The notes under the pieces were generated by a model. It was not told the origin of the DNA, ran no database searches, and worked only from the letters and a program-made list of their open reading frames with translations. Shown here in pieces: positions 36,106-48,514 of a stretch of 64,000 nucleotides of DNA; the stretch's first letter is position 1, and each line of letters begins with the position of its first letter. Made by a program: the position numbers and the translations under genes. Source of the stretch: the human T2T-CHM13v2.0 reference genome, Homo sapiens; NCBI RefSeq assembly GCF_009914755.1, contig NC_060926.1; one strand, written 5' to 3'.

Positions 36106-38446
36106 TGAGCCCCACCTTGGCCTCGTGTCTCTGCCACTTGGCTTGGCATCATTAGAATAGCATTTCATTTGAGAACTCAGGACCACCCAGAACTTGGATT
36201 CCCTGGGGGCCCAGGTTGCTCAAGGAGGGAGCGATTGTGAGCCAACATAACAAGGATGCTTTCCAGAGTCCCCAGGGTTTGGCCGGGGAAAGCTCCACCT
36301 GAGCGTGAGGTCGCCAGTGAGCTACCCCGCAGCTGATCGCTGAATTCAGGTGCAAAGGGTGGCAGGGAGAAAGGCTTGTCCAGGAGTACCTGGAAGCTGG
36401 GCACAGCAAGTGCCTGTCCCACCAGCAAAGGCCTTCAGCAGCTTCTCTGGCAACAGGCAAATTCCTGGAGTCTGGGTTGGGCCCTCCTCCATGTAGGGCT
36501 CTCGTTTCTTGCCCTTCCTGGTTCCCCCTCTCCAGTTTCTATCTCGATGCAGATCCCCTGCCCTAGGGGACCAGCATGAGGGACTATGTGCTGAAGAGCA
36601 GCAAGGCCAGAAGAAGGGACATCACACCAAGAGGCTTAGTAAGGTGGAGGCCAGGCACCAGCCAGCCCAGCATGCTCCCCCCAATCCCCTCTGTCTCATG
36701 TGCCCCTTCCCAGCCAAGCCCCTGTGATTCAAGCTCCCATACTTGGCCTGTGAGCCCAGCTCTCTCTGCCTGGGAACCTCTTCCAAGAGACAGCGTTTAC
36801 AGCAATTAGGTCTCCCTTGACTTCTCCGTAAGAGAACACTGCATGCTCTGGTGGGCAGAGAGCATCTTACCCAGAAAATACAGAGGAACCTCTGCCTTGG
36901 GGCCCGCTTGGGGTTTGCTTGGAACCAGTTTGAGAAATCTTGGCACCTGAGTCTTCATCAGGCACACTTGGGATGCCCGAATCAGGGCCAGATGGATGAA
37001 ATTACCCTTGAAATGTAGGCAAGATTACAATCCGGACCAGGAGGGAGGACGTGGGCATTCAGGGATAAAAATGCCTGGGTTGTGTGGTGCTGGCACCCAG
37101 CCATGGGACAGAACATTTGAAAGTGGTGACAAAGCTTCCAGCTTTGCCAGGTTTGGAGAGTTAGCTCAAGGCTTTGGGCCAGACAGGCAGAGACACTGAG
37201 GAGTAAGAAGGGATGGACCTGAGATAAGGGCCAGAGCATCTCAAAGTCTCTGCCATCCATGCCTTTGCCTCCCCGCAAAAGGTCTGCCCATAAAACAGCT
37301 CATGAGGTTATTGAAACATGATGGAAACTTCCAAATTGCCTTCAATGATATTATTCCAGGCCGGGGCTGTGTCCTAGCTAAGCTAACAACCCTGGAGTTG
37401 ATTGCAGGAGTTGAATCCCTATGCAAAGGGAGGGAAAAATGACAACTCGCTAAATGCAAAGAAAGAAATCGGGCTTGGGCCCATGAGAATGGCCCTGGAC
37501 CTGGGGTATGACAATCCAAGCAGGCCAAATAACAGCAGATGAGCCAAGGGCCAAGAAGGTGGGTGTGCAGGAGAGTCCAGGTGCCCAGCCAGAAGGTAGA
37601 CAAACACTCAGGAAAAGAGGCAATGACATTGGGTGGATGGAGGTTGACAGCATCTTGCAAAAGATACTAGCTGCAAAGAAGGGGCTGGATTCCAAGCCAG
37701 AAGACTGCGAGCGAGCTGTCCTTCCTCTGGACCCCACCCCTGGCTTTCCCACTCCCAGGGCACTTGCCACACAGCTTCACTCGCATGTCTGTGTCTGCCC
37801 CATCAGACAGTGCCTGTTGTGTGTGTTTCCGGAAGATACCAAACATGAAGCAGAGCTGGTACTCAGTAAGAGGGTGTTGAGAGAATGAATACATGACACT
37901 GAGAACCACCAGAACATCAGAGGGGAAGCCTGAAACACATCAGACTGCAGTGCATGTTCTTAGAGCTCCACTCACCCCACCCCTACAAGTGATTCCAGAA
38001 CTAACTTGGCCCCTTCGGTTGGGTTTTTTGTTTTGTTTTTTTCTGGCAGAGCTCAATGCAAGAAGCCCAAAGGCCAAAGCAGCACAGTTGTCCTCTGACC
38101 AGGCAGGTGGAGAGCCACCTTGGGCACAGATTTCCTGATAAGAAAAGAGCCCATAAGAATGGTTCCCTCTGTGCTTCCTTCCTCTGGGTTCTCATTCCCT
38201 CTTCTTGTAGCTTTAAATGCCATCTCTGAGGGCTTATGACTTCCAACCATCTATCCCCTGCTTGGTCCTTGTCACTGAAATCCAGGCCCATTACATAGCT
38301 GCCTATTGGCATCTCCATCCAGATGTCTAACAACGTCTCAAACTTAACATGCCCCAAACCAAACTCCTGACCACCCAGCCAAACCTGAGTCACTAAAGCC
38401 CTCCCCTTCTCAGTCAATAGCAAATCCATTCTTCTAGTTGCCAAGC

Positions 38447-38896
38447 TATGATAGTGAATTTGATGTGTCAACTTGGCTGGGCCACAGTGCCTAGATAGTT
38501 CATCAAACGTTATTCTGGATGTTCCTATGAGGAAGTTTTCTTTTCTTTTTATTGGACGAGATGAATATTTAAATCAGTAGACTTCGAGTAAAGAAGATTG
38601 GCCTCCATAAGTGTGGGTCTCATCCAATCAGTTGAAGGCCTGAACAGAACAAAAGACTGACTTCCCCCAAGCAAGAGGGAATTCTCCAACAGATGGCCTC
38701 GGACTACACACTGGCTTTTCCCTGGGTCTTTAGCCTGATGGCCCACTCTATAGATTTTGGACTTGTCAGCAGCCTCTACAATCATGTGACCCAATTCCTT
38801 AAAATAATCTCCTTCCCTCTCTGTCTCTACATGTATGTACACATACACACACATATATTATTGGTTCTGTTTCTCTGGAGAACCCTGACTAATATC
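38447..38896 (+). mobile_element. MLT2 (C/D-type) ERVL solo LTR
   Basis: ATGTGTCAACTTGGCTGGGCCACAGTGCC...TTGGTTCTGTTTCTCTGGAGAACCCTGACTAATA. TSD CAAGC at 38442-38446 and 38897-38901. Confidence 0.92.
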
Positions 38897-39040
38897 CAAG
38901 CCAAAAGTCCTGGAATCATCCTTGACTCCTCTCTCTCCTAACCCCACATCAAATCCCACCACAAATGGTACCAGTTCAACCTTCAAATTACATCCAAAAT
39001 CTCATGACTTTGCACCACTACCACTAACTACCCACCAGCC

Positions 39041-39220
39041 AGCCGGGTGTGGTGGTGCATGCCTGTATTCTCCGCTACTCGGGAGACTGAGGTAGGAGGA
39101 TTGCTTGAGCCCATCAGGTCAAGGCTGGCTGCAGTAAGCCGTGATTATGCCACTGCACTCCAGCCTGGGTGACAGAGCAAGACCCTGTCTCAAAAAAAAA
39201 ATAATGAAATAAAATAAAAT
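39041..39220 (+). mobile_element. Alu right monomer (FRAM or truncated AluJ)
   Basis: GCCGGGTGTGGTGG...GGAGGATTGCTTGAGCCC...GACCCTGTCTC followed by an A-tail. Confidence 0.9.
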
Positions 39221-39414
39221 CTCACACACATGCCCAATACTCCCCATTACCACCTTGTTTTGTTTTTCACCGTAGCCCATATCAATATTTAATATCCTGT
39301 ACACATTTCTTATTATCCTATTTATTTTCCCAACTCAAGTGCAGAACCCATGCAGAATAGGAAACTGTGTCTCTTACTCTTTCTTCAGGGTCTAACCAGT
39401 GCCCAGCAGTAGTA

Positions 39415-39771
39415 GGCATGTCCGTTCAGGCTGCTATCACCAAATACCACAGAAGAGGTGACTTATTAACAACACGCATTTATTTCTCACTGTTTTGAAG
39501 GCTGGGAAGCCCAAGAGCAAGTTATTGGCAGATTCCAGGTCTTGTGAGGGTCTGCTCCCTCAGAGACAGCCCTCTTCACACCATGTCCTCGCATGGTGGA
39601 AGGGGTGAGGAGTGTCTTGGAAGCCTAGTTTTATAAGGGCACTAATTCCATTCATGAGGGCTCCACCCCCATGGGCTAATCCCCTCCCAAAGGCTCTACC
39701 TCCTAATAATTATGCTGGGGTGGAGTTCCATATATGAATCTGGGGACAACATAAACATTCAGACCACAGCA
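39415..39771 (-). mobile_element. MLT1A0-type solo LTR
   Basis: TCCGTTCAGGCTGCTAT...TATAAGGGCACTAATTCCATTCATGAGGGCTCCAC...CATTCAGACCACAGCA. Confidence 0.9.
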
Positions 39772-40849
39772 GTATCCCATAAATATGTGTTTAACAAATG
39801 AATAGGTGAACGGGTGCACCAGTTATATCTTCGCATGAGGTGGGGTCTCTTTGCTTCTGTTCCTCAGACCAGCATCAGTTTTTGAGTCTGTGTGGGCCAA
39901 CACCCACCTGAGCCATGCAGGCTGGAGAGCTCCAGGCTGGAAATGAGCCTACCCCTCTCCAGCCCCATGCTTGGCTGGGTGCCCAATAAAAGTTCTGCAT
40001 GTTACACACACTGGTAATTAAAATCCTGGAAAAAACTCTTCACTAGGCCTCCTTCCTCAACTATGAGACATTTTGAATGCTCGACTGGAAATGCTGAACA
40101 CTGCGGAGCCTGGATGGGGGTTTTAAAAACAAAGTGATGATGACAATATGTGATCTTCACAGCCCTCCCCCACCAGCCCTGTAGGAGCGGCTGTTGAATT
40201 GCAAGGCCCTCTAATTCCCCAATTCCCAGGAGAGCAGGTCTTCCCTCAACATGCATTCTATGTGGGAAAAATAAATCACTGTTTTTCTGAAGTTCAGGGG
40301 TGAGTTTATTTTTAAGTCATCTGATTCTCTGAGGCAAGAGACAAAAAGATATCCCAAGACTGAAGAAAAGAGCCAGGACTTGGAAGAGACATGAGAGACA
40401 GAGAGCAGAATTATAATCAATGTTAAATCAAAGTCCAGATTGTTCCGTTTCATGCGGTTCTGTTTCATTTCTGTGCCTCCTCTGTTGCCATGATAACCTG
40501 TCAACAAACAAGTGATGGAGAGGAACTGAATGAGCTGGGGCTGAGCAGAGCTGGTCCACCTGCCCAACTGGGCTCTCCATTATCCCCCGCACCTGGTGCA
40601 TGGGCCAAGCTGAGTCAGGAACTCAGGAGAACTCAGGTGGCGGTGTCCTACCCACATGCCCCGTGCTCCCTCAGTGCCTCTCCTGCAGTACTTCCTGTGG
40701 GGCAGCTGTCATGGGGGAGAGGGTGCTGCAAACATGCGTGGTCAGCACAGGAACCAAAAACTCGACCACCACTCATTCTCCTTCATGTACCCATCTCCAT
40801 CCCAGAATTAGGAGAGCCCAGTGCTGAGCTTGGCATAGTTGATAAGTGA

Positions 40850-41080
40850 ACCATAACGGTAACTAACATTTCCATGCACCTCCAATTTGCCAGGTGTTTT
40901 ACATGTAATAACATGTTGAATCTTCACAACAAATCTATAGACAGGGTTATTACCCTCATTTTACAGATGTGAAATCAGAGGCCCAGAGATGATAAGTAAT
41001 AGCCCAAGGCTAGTGGGTGCGACTGGGGTTTGAGCAAAGGCAACCACATCTGAAGCCAGAGGGGGTAAGCACCACTCCAT
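40850..41080 (-). mobile_element. MIR
   Basis: TTATTACCCTCATTTTACAGATGTGAAATCAGAGGCCCAGAGA. Confidence 0.8.
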
Positions 41081-41149
41081 TCTGCTTCCCATGGTTGGAG
41101 GGCTCACCAACCACTAAAGACATCACTTCCTGCACAGATATCTTCTGCC

Positions 41150-41550
41150 AAGCTCCTGCCACACGGGCCTCCTGGATTGCAAACATCCTAGGGCCTGTGC
41201 ACTGAGCCCTCACTGACAGGCATGCTTGTTCTTCTGAATCTCTACTTGGCCTACAGTCTCCCGGTCTCAGCTCCACTGACCTATCCTGAGAAAGACCTCT
41301 CTGCCCCTGCTCTAAAAGTTTCACCCACTGGATTGTCTCTAGGTATTATCTCTGCAATTATCATTGCAGTCACCATCATCTGAAATGATCCTGCTTGTTT
41401 ACCTATTGTCTAGCTGCCCGCAGTGTTTCAAATTAACTAAGTTCCTCAAAGAGCAGGGGCCTAGATTCTTTTGCTCAACTCACCACAATATCCACCTGGC
41501 TCGTAGTTAAGCCCTCAACTGATTTGATTAAATGTGTGAATTAATGACTG
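41150..41550 (+). mobile_element. L2 3' region
   Basis: CTAGGGCCTGTGCACT...ATCTGAAATGATCCTGCTTGTTTA...TTAAATGTGTGAATTAATGA. Confidence 0.65.
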
Positions 41551-41749
41551 AGAGAAGTAGAATGAAAGCCTCAAGAGCAGAGGCCTGGCATCCTAAACAC
41601 GCACGGAGTAGCGGGCAGCAAAGCATGAGCTCAGAACTGCAGCCAGATCCAGAGGCGGGGAAGGCCTGGGTACCACTGCCCACAGCCTGACCTCCTAACT
41701 CAAGTCATGAGTTTCCTTCATGTGGTTTGTGGAATGATGCCCTCCATCC

Positions 41750-42245
41750 ACCTTGTTCCATCCAGAGGTCACCGGCCGCATGCGGCCAGGGAGGCTTCAC
41801 ACCCTGGCTACCACAACTGAGAATATGAACGTTGAATTTTATTTCATTTTAATGAATTTAAAATTAAAAACTAATAGCTCAGTCAGTTATTGGAAAACTT
41901 TTAAGTATAGTTGGAACACTTTGGGTGTGTGAATCTGCGTTTTCAACACTCAATTTTATGAACTCTAAATACAGATCAAGTATTGCCAATGAAAATCTAG
42001 CATCTGAATAGAAATGTGCTCTAAGTGTAAAATACACACTGGATTTTGAAGACTGAATGCAAAAAAAATGTAAAATATCTCATTAATATTTTTGTATGGA
42101 TTGCATGTCCACATAATATTTTGGACATATTTGGGTTAAACAAAATCTATTACTAAAATTAATTTCACCTGTTTCTTTTTACTTTTTAATATGGCTACTA
42201 GAAAAATTTTAAATGACATATGTGGCTCACATTATATTGCTACTA
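41750..42245 (+). mobile_element. Charlie1b-like hAT transposon with transposase C-terminal remnant
   Basis: Frame from 41895 reads KLLSIVGTLWVCESAFSTLNFMNSKYRSSIANENLASE*KCALSVKYTLDFED (hAT dimerisation domain). MER33-like end GGCTACTAGAAAA...TGTGGCTCACATTATA. Confidence 0.9.
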
Positions 42246-42699
42246 AGGCTTCTGGCCAATAGAACAGAACTTCTGATTTAAAAACAGGCCCAATTTGAGT
42301 TTTAGCAGGAGCAAAACTGAATCGTTAGAGAGAAGTTCCCCTCCTGTATCAGTTTGTCCCTGGAATACTCAGGAGAAAGCTAGGGGTTCTCAGGGCAGCG
42401 AGACATCCTTGCTCCAAACACTACGTCACAAACACAACACAGCCCAGCAAACTGACCTGAGGATTAAAATTCAAAGTCCCTCAGGATCAGGGCAAGAACC
42501 CTACCATCTCTCAAAACCTGACTACTTCATTTCTTCTCCTACAAAGAAATATTCTTCCCCACTACAATATTATATGCTCTATTTTTTATTTATGTTACAA
42601 GAAATTCTGAAATTAATCTAGCTGTATACAAATGGGCTTCCTCTCACAGACAGGAGGCCTATGGGGAAACTAAACAGTTTCCCCGGGAACAAATGTGAA

Positions 42700-43190
42700 T
42701 GTGAAAGGGTCAGTCCCTCACGGTGGATTCCACAGGGCCTAGATTTAAAATACAGCCAAGTGGTCGTTTGCTGTCTAGGGGTCACACACGTACTCCAAGT
42801 CCCTGGAAAATTCACACCTCTGTTTCACTTTGGGACTTTCAAAACTCACCTTGCAAGCTTCACTACTGAAAATAAAAATTAAAAAAAGAAAAAGAAAAAA
42901 CACCTGAACCAACCAATCAGAGCTCACCTGCCTTGGCCAGTGAGGGCTCAGCTGTATTGACCAATCAGAATTCAGCTACACCAACCAAGCAGAACTGTCA
43001 ATTCTTCATTTGCATAAATGGACCTGATTGGGAACCTGGTGAGAAATTTTGCTATAAAACCTGAGCCTTCCCTTTGTTCTCTGGAACACACCTTCATTTT
43101 GATGGGAGGCTGCGTCTCCTCAGTTTGTAAACGTCACTGAAATAAAGTCCCTTTCATCCAAATTGTCTTTTCAGACAACTTTTGTTCACG
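42700..43190 (+). mobile_element. ERV1-class solo LTR (family uncertain)
   Basis: TGTGAA...TTGTTCAC(G) termini, repeated CCAATCAG boxes, TATAAAA at 43053 and AATAAA at 43141. Confidence 0.8.
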
Positions 43191-44162
43191 TCCCAAAAGC
43201 ACCATCTAAAAGCAGCGTAAAAGTGTTTCAGCCTTACATTGTTGCCAAAGACTCCACAATCCATGTCCTTGTCCCTCTGGCCACTGACTAGGAGCTAGAG
43301 CCCAAGCCCTTAGTGAGGAAGCTAGGTAACAAGCCCCTCCCAAGCAGTAGCTAATGGGCAACCTTCCTCCCACACTCAGGCAGCTCAGGGCCTCCGGGTT
43401 GATCCAGAGAAAGCAACCACCAACCTTTTAGGAATATCTGACGCTTTTATTAGGCAAGAGAATGACAAATCACTGTGTAATCTTTTGACGCTCCAATTGA
43501 TGCGAAGTTCTTGTTATACAATGAAGCACCAAAATAAAAAAATTAAAAAAAAAAGCCACACGAAATAAAAAGTAGACAAAACCTGAAAGGTAATTTCTTA
43601 TTGAAAGAGCTAGAAAAGGGGCTTAGGAGGCAAGAGGGATCCAGAGTCTGAGAAATCTTTTATGGCATCTCTCGGACAATAAATTTTTCTGAGAAAAGGC
43701 CTCTGATAAGCACATCATACCTCCTTGTCTAAGAGTTGTTGACACTTTAAAGGGAGTTAAGCCTTCGTGCAGTAGAGGCTGTATTATAAGAGCCTCTCTT
43801 TGTGGAATGGATTAACTTGATTCACCTGCAATTTGGGCAGCCTCATTCTGCACCCCTCCAAAAAGCAATGGCTGAATGAAAAATCTCCTCCTTCGGCCTG
43901 GGGAAATTTGCTTTCCCAGAGCCAATATCCCTGAATGCCCACAAAGGCCCTGGGGTGTTCAACAGTGTGGGGACAGCCCTTCCTATGGGGAAGGGACATC
44001 CTGGGAAAAGACACCTGGCCCGAGTCAGGGAGAGAAGAATGCCCCCAACTCTGAAACCAGGTATCCCAAAAGGCTGCCCAGGAGCCAATCTTTGGGAATG
44101 AGGCCACTGTCATTGGGGCTTATGGCACCTGGGGTTGGTACTGCTCTTTGTAAACTAACACC

Positions 44163-44643
44163 TGTAGTAGGCAGAATGAGGGCTTCCCAAAGGTGTCCGT
44201 GTCATAATGCCTGGAACCTGTGCCTATGTGACATTATATGGCAAAGAGAAACTAAGATTGCACATGGGATTAAAGTTTCTAACTAACTGACCTTAAAATA
44301 GAGATAGCATTCTGGATTGTCTAGGTGTGCCTAATTGTAATCACAAGGGCCCTTAAATGTGGAAGAGGGAGGCAGAACTGTCAGTGCCAGAGTGATGTGA
44401 CATGAGAAAGACTTGTCCAGCCATTGCTGACTTTGAAGATGCAGGAGAGGGTCATGAGCCAAGTAATCTGTCCAGCCTCTAGATGCGGGAAAGGGCAAGG
44501 AAATGGATCCCCTCCTAGAACCTCCAGAAGGAATGCAGCCCTGACAACACCTTTATTTTAGCCCCATAAGCCCCATTTTGCACTGCTGACCTCCAGAACT
44601 GTAAGATAATAAATGTATGTTGTTTTCAACCTCCGTGGTCATT
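44163..44643 (+). mobile_element. MLT1D solo LTR
   Basis: TGTAGTAGGCAGAAT...TGTAATCACAAGGGCCCTTAAATGTGGAAGAGGGAGGCAGAA...GACCTCCAGAACTGTAAGATAATAAAT. Confidence 0.92.
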
Positions 44644-45024
44644 CCTTCCTCCACCACCTCCAATGCCCACCTTCCTCCATGATGAACTTGATTTACCTGT
44701 AATTCGGACAGATTATGAAAGATGAAGAAGAGTCTCTGCATGAATGAAGTAAAGCCTGTTTAGAGGTTTGCCCCAAAGTTGATTGCATCTGTTTTTAAGA
44801 TGCTTCCCCCCTCACTTTGGAGTCTTGTTCCCAGGAAGCCATAACCCAGCAGCCACGTTCCACAGGGTCACAGCCTTGCTTTCTGCCTACAGCATTCCCC
44901 TGTGTCTTTCATTCCACTGTATCTCCCACCTGTGACACCAAGGGAGAGGAAAGCATGATAGTCGAAGAGAAACATCATACCAATTCTATTTTTCTCTACT
45001 GCAGTGTCATAGGCCAAGAGATTT

Positions 45025-45175
45025 TTCAAAAGGGTCATTAAGAACATTCATTCCTCTCAGTTCTGCAGATGAAGATGTAGGGCCCAGTAGGGCAGGACTT
45101 CTTCAGAGCACACAGCCAGTGAGTGACAGAACCGGGTAGAACCCAGGGCTCCTGACTTTCCAGCCAGGGCTTCAT
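45025..45175 (-). mobile_element. MIR3/MIRc fragment
   Basis: CACACAGCCAGTGAGTGACAGAACCGGGTAGAACCCAGGGCTCCTGAC. Confidence 0.65.
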
Positions 45176-46654
45176 ATTCGAACTCCCATTCTGGAACTTT
45201 CCCAGCCCCACAGCATAGAGAAACTCAGGTCACGGCCACTCAGGAGGTTCACGTTTCCCTTGCCCTGCCCGTTGGCTCTCCTCCCCTCCTTCTGCACCTG
45301 CCCACCCTTCCCCAGGGGCTCCCTCCACTGAGGTCTGTCAGGCACTCAGGCCCTCACCCCATAGTTCAGGGACCTGAAGGTGTTTTAGCTTAGACCTAAA
45401 GCAGCACAAAAGGCTTAGGACACATCAGCTCCTAGCAAGAAAAAGCTGCTGTAACCACAGGCTTGAGAGACAGGTTAGGTTCCCTGCATCCTGTCTCTTG
45501 TCTTCCGCCTCACAAGAAGGTTAACCAGACCCAAGCCTTAAATCCTCAGCCACGCCCATGCCCTGACCACCTTTAGGTCTCCGTTCAATGCTGAGTGAAC
45601 CCTGTCTCATTTTCGGGGCTGGTAGAGCTCTGTCCATATCCCAGCATCAGCGAATTTCCTTCAAACATCATCACATCATCAGAGGTCTCGGGAGACCCAT
45701 TCCATCGTCTGCAGATGGAAGATTCCTCATCTGCTTCCTGAGCTTGGGAGCAAAGCTCATTCTTTCTAAAACTAAACCCGCCTTGGGGCCACTGGGGCAG
45801 TGATCCTTTAAACCACTCAAATTTGCCTAAGGCCAGAACTCTGATTCCTTCACCTTCATGCCCGCCTTCCCCCTTCCAGCCAGCCCTGCCAGCCTAAGTG
45901 GCTGCCCACTCTGTCTAAAAGAACCGAATATTTGACCTTGGCCACTGTTGCCCCATGTTCCTTAAACAAAAATATTCAGGCCCTTTGCCTTGCTCCGCAC
46001 CAGGGTCCCCCCTTCCTATTAATTATGCAGTAACGAACAACTCTGCTAACCAAAATTGGGGCAGCTACTTGCCTCTAAAAGTCAATAATTAGCCCCACGG
46101 GAACAACAAATTCTTGCTGAGCTCCCCCACCGCCCCTTGGCAGCCGCTGGAAGCAGGCCGCCGCTCAAAGCTCAGCTCTTTGGGTCCAATCTGGAATGCA
46201 TATGTTTCCCTTCAATCATTCACTCCATCAAACCTAAGGCAGGCCTGAGGGGCTGCGGAGGCCCACTACCCTTCTCTGAAAGTCTCCATTAGTATGGGCG
46301 TCCTCGTTATAAAGGGATGTTGTATTCACAGGTACCCAATAGCCCCCTGCGCATCTGGGAACACTTTGAGTGATTGCTGGGGAGAGAAGAAATTTGGGTC
46401 ATAACTAATGATCAACATCCCCTTTTAATCAAATGAAGCCGTCATAATGTGTCTATCCTCCGGGAGAACAAGGCCCTTTCACCTCCGGGAGGTCTGCGGT
46501 AGCATTAACCTCTTAGGGTAAGCCATCGGGCTTGGCCTTGCCTGGGTAGGAGGAAGAAGGGGAGCTATCAGATATTCAGCACCTACTGTGTACCAGGCTC
46601 TGTGCTCAGCAGCCTCACAAGTGTTCTTGCATTTAATCCTGATCTGCACTAGGT

Positions 46655-46857
46655 CCACGCTTCTCAGCCTAGGCCTGCAGCAGAAGCACCTGGAAAGCGG
46701 GGAGGGCACAGATTGCTGGGCCTCACCCCAGATTTGAGATTCAGTAAAATCTAAATCAGTAGATTCAGTAGATGGAGCCCAAGTATTTGCATGTCTAACA
46801 AGTTCCCATGTGATGCCAATCCTGCCAGCACGGGGACCACATCCTGAGAACCAGTGT
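46655..46857 (-). mobile_element. MER5A-type hAT MITE
   Basis: CAGATTGCTGGGCCTCACCCCAGA...TTTGCATGTCTAACAAGTTCCCA...GGGACCACATCCTGAGAACCAGTG. Confidence 0.85.
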
Positions 46858-46874
46858 TGGAGGATAAAAAGACC

Positions 46875-47105
46875 CCTATTTATTGTCTGCTATGTTCAAC
46901 ACCCTTTACAAATATCATGTGATTTAATCCTCAGGAAAAACCCTATAGCACAAGTGTTGTGGTCCTCATTTTAAAGATGAAACTGAGGATCAAATAAAGC
47001 CAGCACTTGCCTAAGACCCCATGATCACACTACTGTGGGGAAGGAGCTATGATTTTAAACCCAGATCAGCCTGATGTCAAAGCCCTTGATCCCACCATGC
47101 CACAA
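46875..47105 (-). mobile_element. MIR
   Basis: ATTTAATCCTCA...CTCATTTTAAAGATGAAACTGAGG...TTTAAACCCAGATC. Confidence 0.75.
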
Positions 47106-47714
47106 GAGAGGCAAACTACTGTGAGGTAAGGGTTCAGAGAGGGTGAGCTCATCTCTCCAGGGCACCAGGAAGAATATGATCCTTGCACACCTCACCATGC
47201 AGCCTACATCTGGGGCCTTTTGCCCAGATTGGTGCCTGGCCTGTCCTCCCATCCACATGTGGAAGGACACAGCTCTGAGTGCTTTAGGAAACACCTCTGG
47301 GTATTCCCTCTGATTCAGCCCCTGTCCAGACACAGGCCTCACCCTCACTGTCTTCTCTCATCCTCATCTTCCAACTCCTTCCAGTGCTGCCCCTCTTCCC
47401 CATCCAGTTCAAAAAGTGGCTCCTCCATGATAGTCCCCAAGGACCTGTCTAGCACTCTTACCCCAGAGTTTCTAAGAAATTACTTTTGGTCCTTCAATAT
47501 GCACAAGCTCAGGACTGCCTGCCCGAAGCACACATTTGCCTCTTGGGGGTGGTTTCTGAAAGAGCTCCTGTCCTCACACTTCTGTGTTCCCAGGTCCCCA
47601 GACCAGCCCCTCCAGCATATCAGCAAACCACTTTTGAGCCTTCTCCCCATAATAAGAACTTAGGAAAGCCAGCTGAGAACAAGAAACTATGACTCAGGAG
47701 AAGGAAGAGAAGTG

Positions 47715-47958
47715 AAAATGGCTCTCACATGGAGCTCCTGCTGGGTGCCAGTCATTGTTCTAAGTGCTTTATGTATAGGAGCTCTTGTAATCCTCTGATG
47801 TAGGCAGACCATTATCATCACCATTTACAAGTGAGGAAACTGAGGCACAGAAAGATTAAGTGGCCTGTCCAGTGTGGCACAGCTCATAACTGACAGAGCC
47901 AGGCTCTGAATTGAAGCAATCTGGCTCCAGAGCCCATACTTGCAACCATGCTATATTG
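47715..47958 (-). mobile_element. MIR, near full length
   Basis: CCATTTACAAGTGAGGAAACTGAGGCACAGAAAG...TCTGGCTCCAGAGCCCA. Confidence 0.85.
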
Positions 47959-48026
47959 GCAGAAAGAAAGGAGAATTCATTCTCTGATCCTTGCCCTATA
48001 AAGAGTCCTAGCCCAATCCGGGAGAA

Positions 48027-48455
48027 GTGGTAGTAGTAGTGGTTGTTGCATTGTTGTAGTAGTAGTTGTGGTAGTTTTGTATTAGTAGTCGTTGCCATCA
48101 TATAGTTGTTGTTATAGCTACAGTGATTGTAGTGGTAGTAGCAATTGTAGATGTTTCAGCAGGAGAGGCATTGCTATAGTTGTAGTTGCGGTGGTAATCA
48201 TAGCAGTTGTAGTAATCGCTGTGGTGATTACTGTGGTAGTAGTTACAGTAGCTGAAGTAGTAGCTGTAGCTGTGCTAGTAGTTGTTGTTACAGTGGTACT
48301 TGGTAGCAGTAGTTGATAATGTAGTTGATGTTGTAGTTGCAGTAGTGGTTGTTGTAGTAGTTGTAGTAATTATGGTAGTTGTTGTAGTACTAGTTGCGGC
48401 AGTAGTTGTAGTTACTGTAATCAAAGCTAGCAGCATATCAGCAGCAGCAGTATTG
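48027..48455 (+). repeat. Degenerate (GTA/GTT/GTG/GCA)n trinucleotide tract
   Basis: About 430 bp of GTN triplets; produces the poly-Val and poly-Thr ORFs in the track. Confidence 0.92.
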
Positions 48456-48514
48456 AAATCATTACAATGACAGTACAATGACTGTCTTTTGTGGACTGCC
48501 TCCGTGCCTGGTGG

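Larger units (their letters stand above)
38170..39810 (+). mobile_element. L2 interrupted by MLT2, an Alu monomer and MLT1A0
   Basis: GGCATCTCCATCCAGATGTCTAA..CTTCTAGTTGC|CAAGCCAAAAGTCCTGGAATCATCCTTGACTCC; tail ATAAATATGTG..AATGAAT near 39780-39805. Confidence 0.75.
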
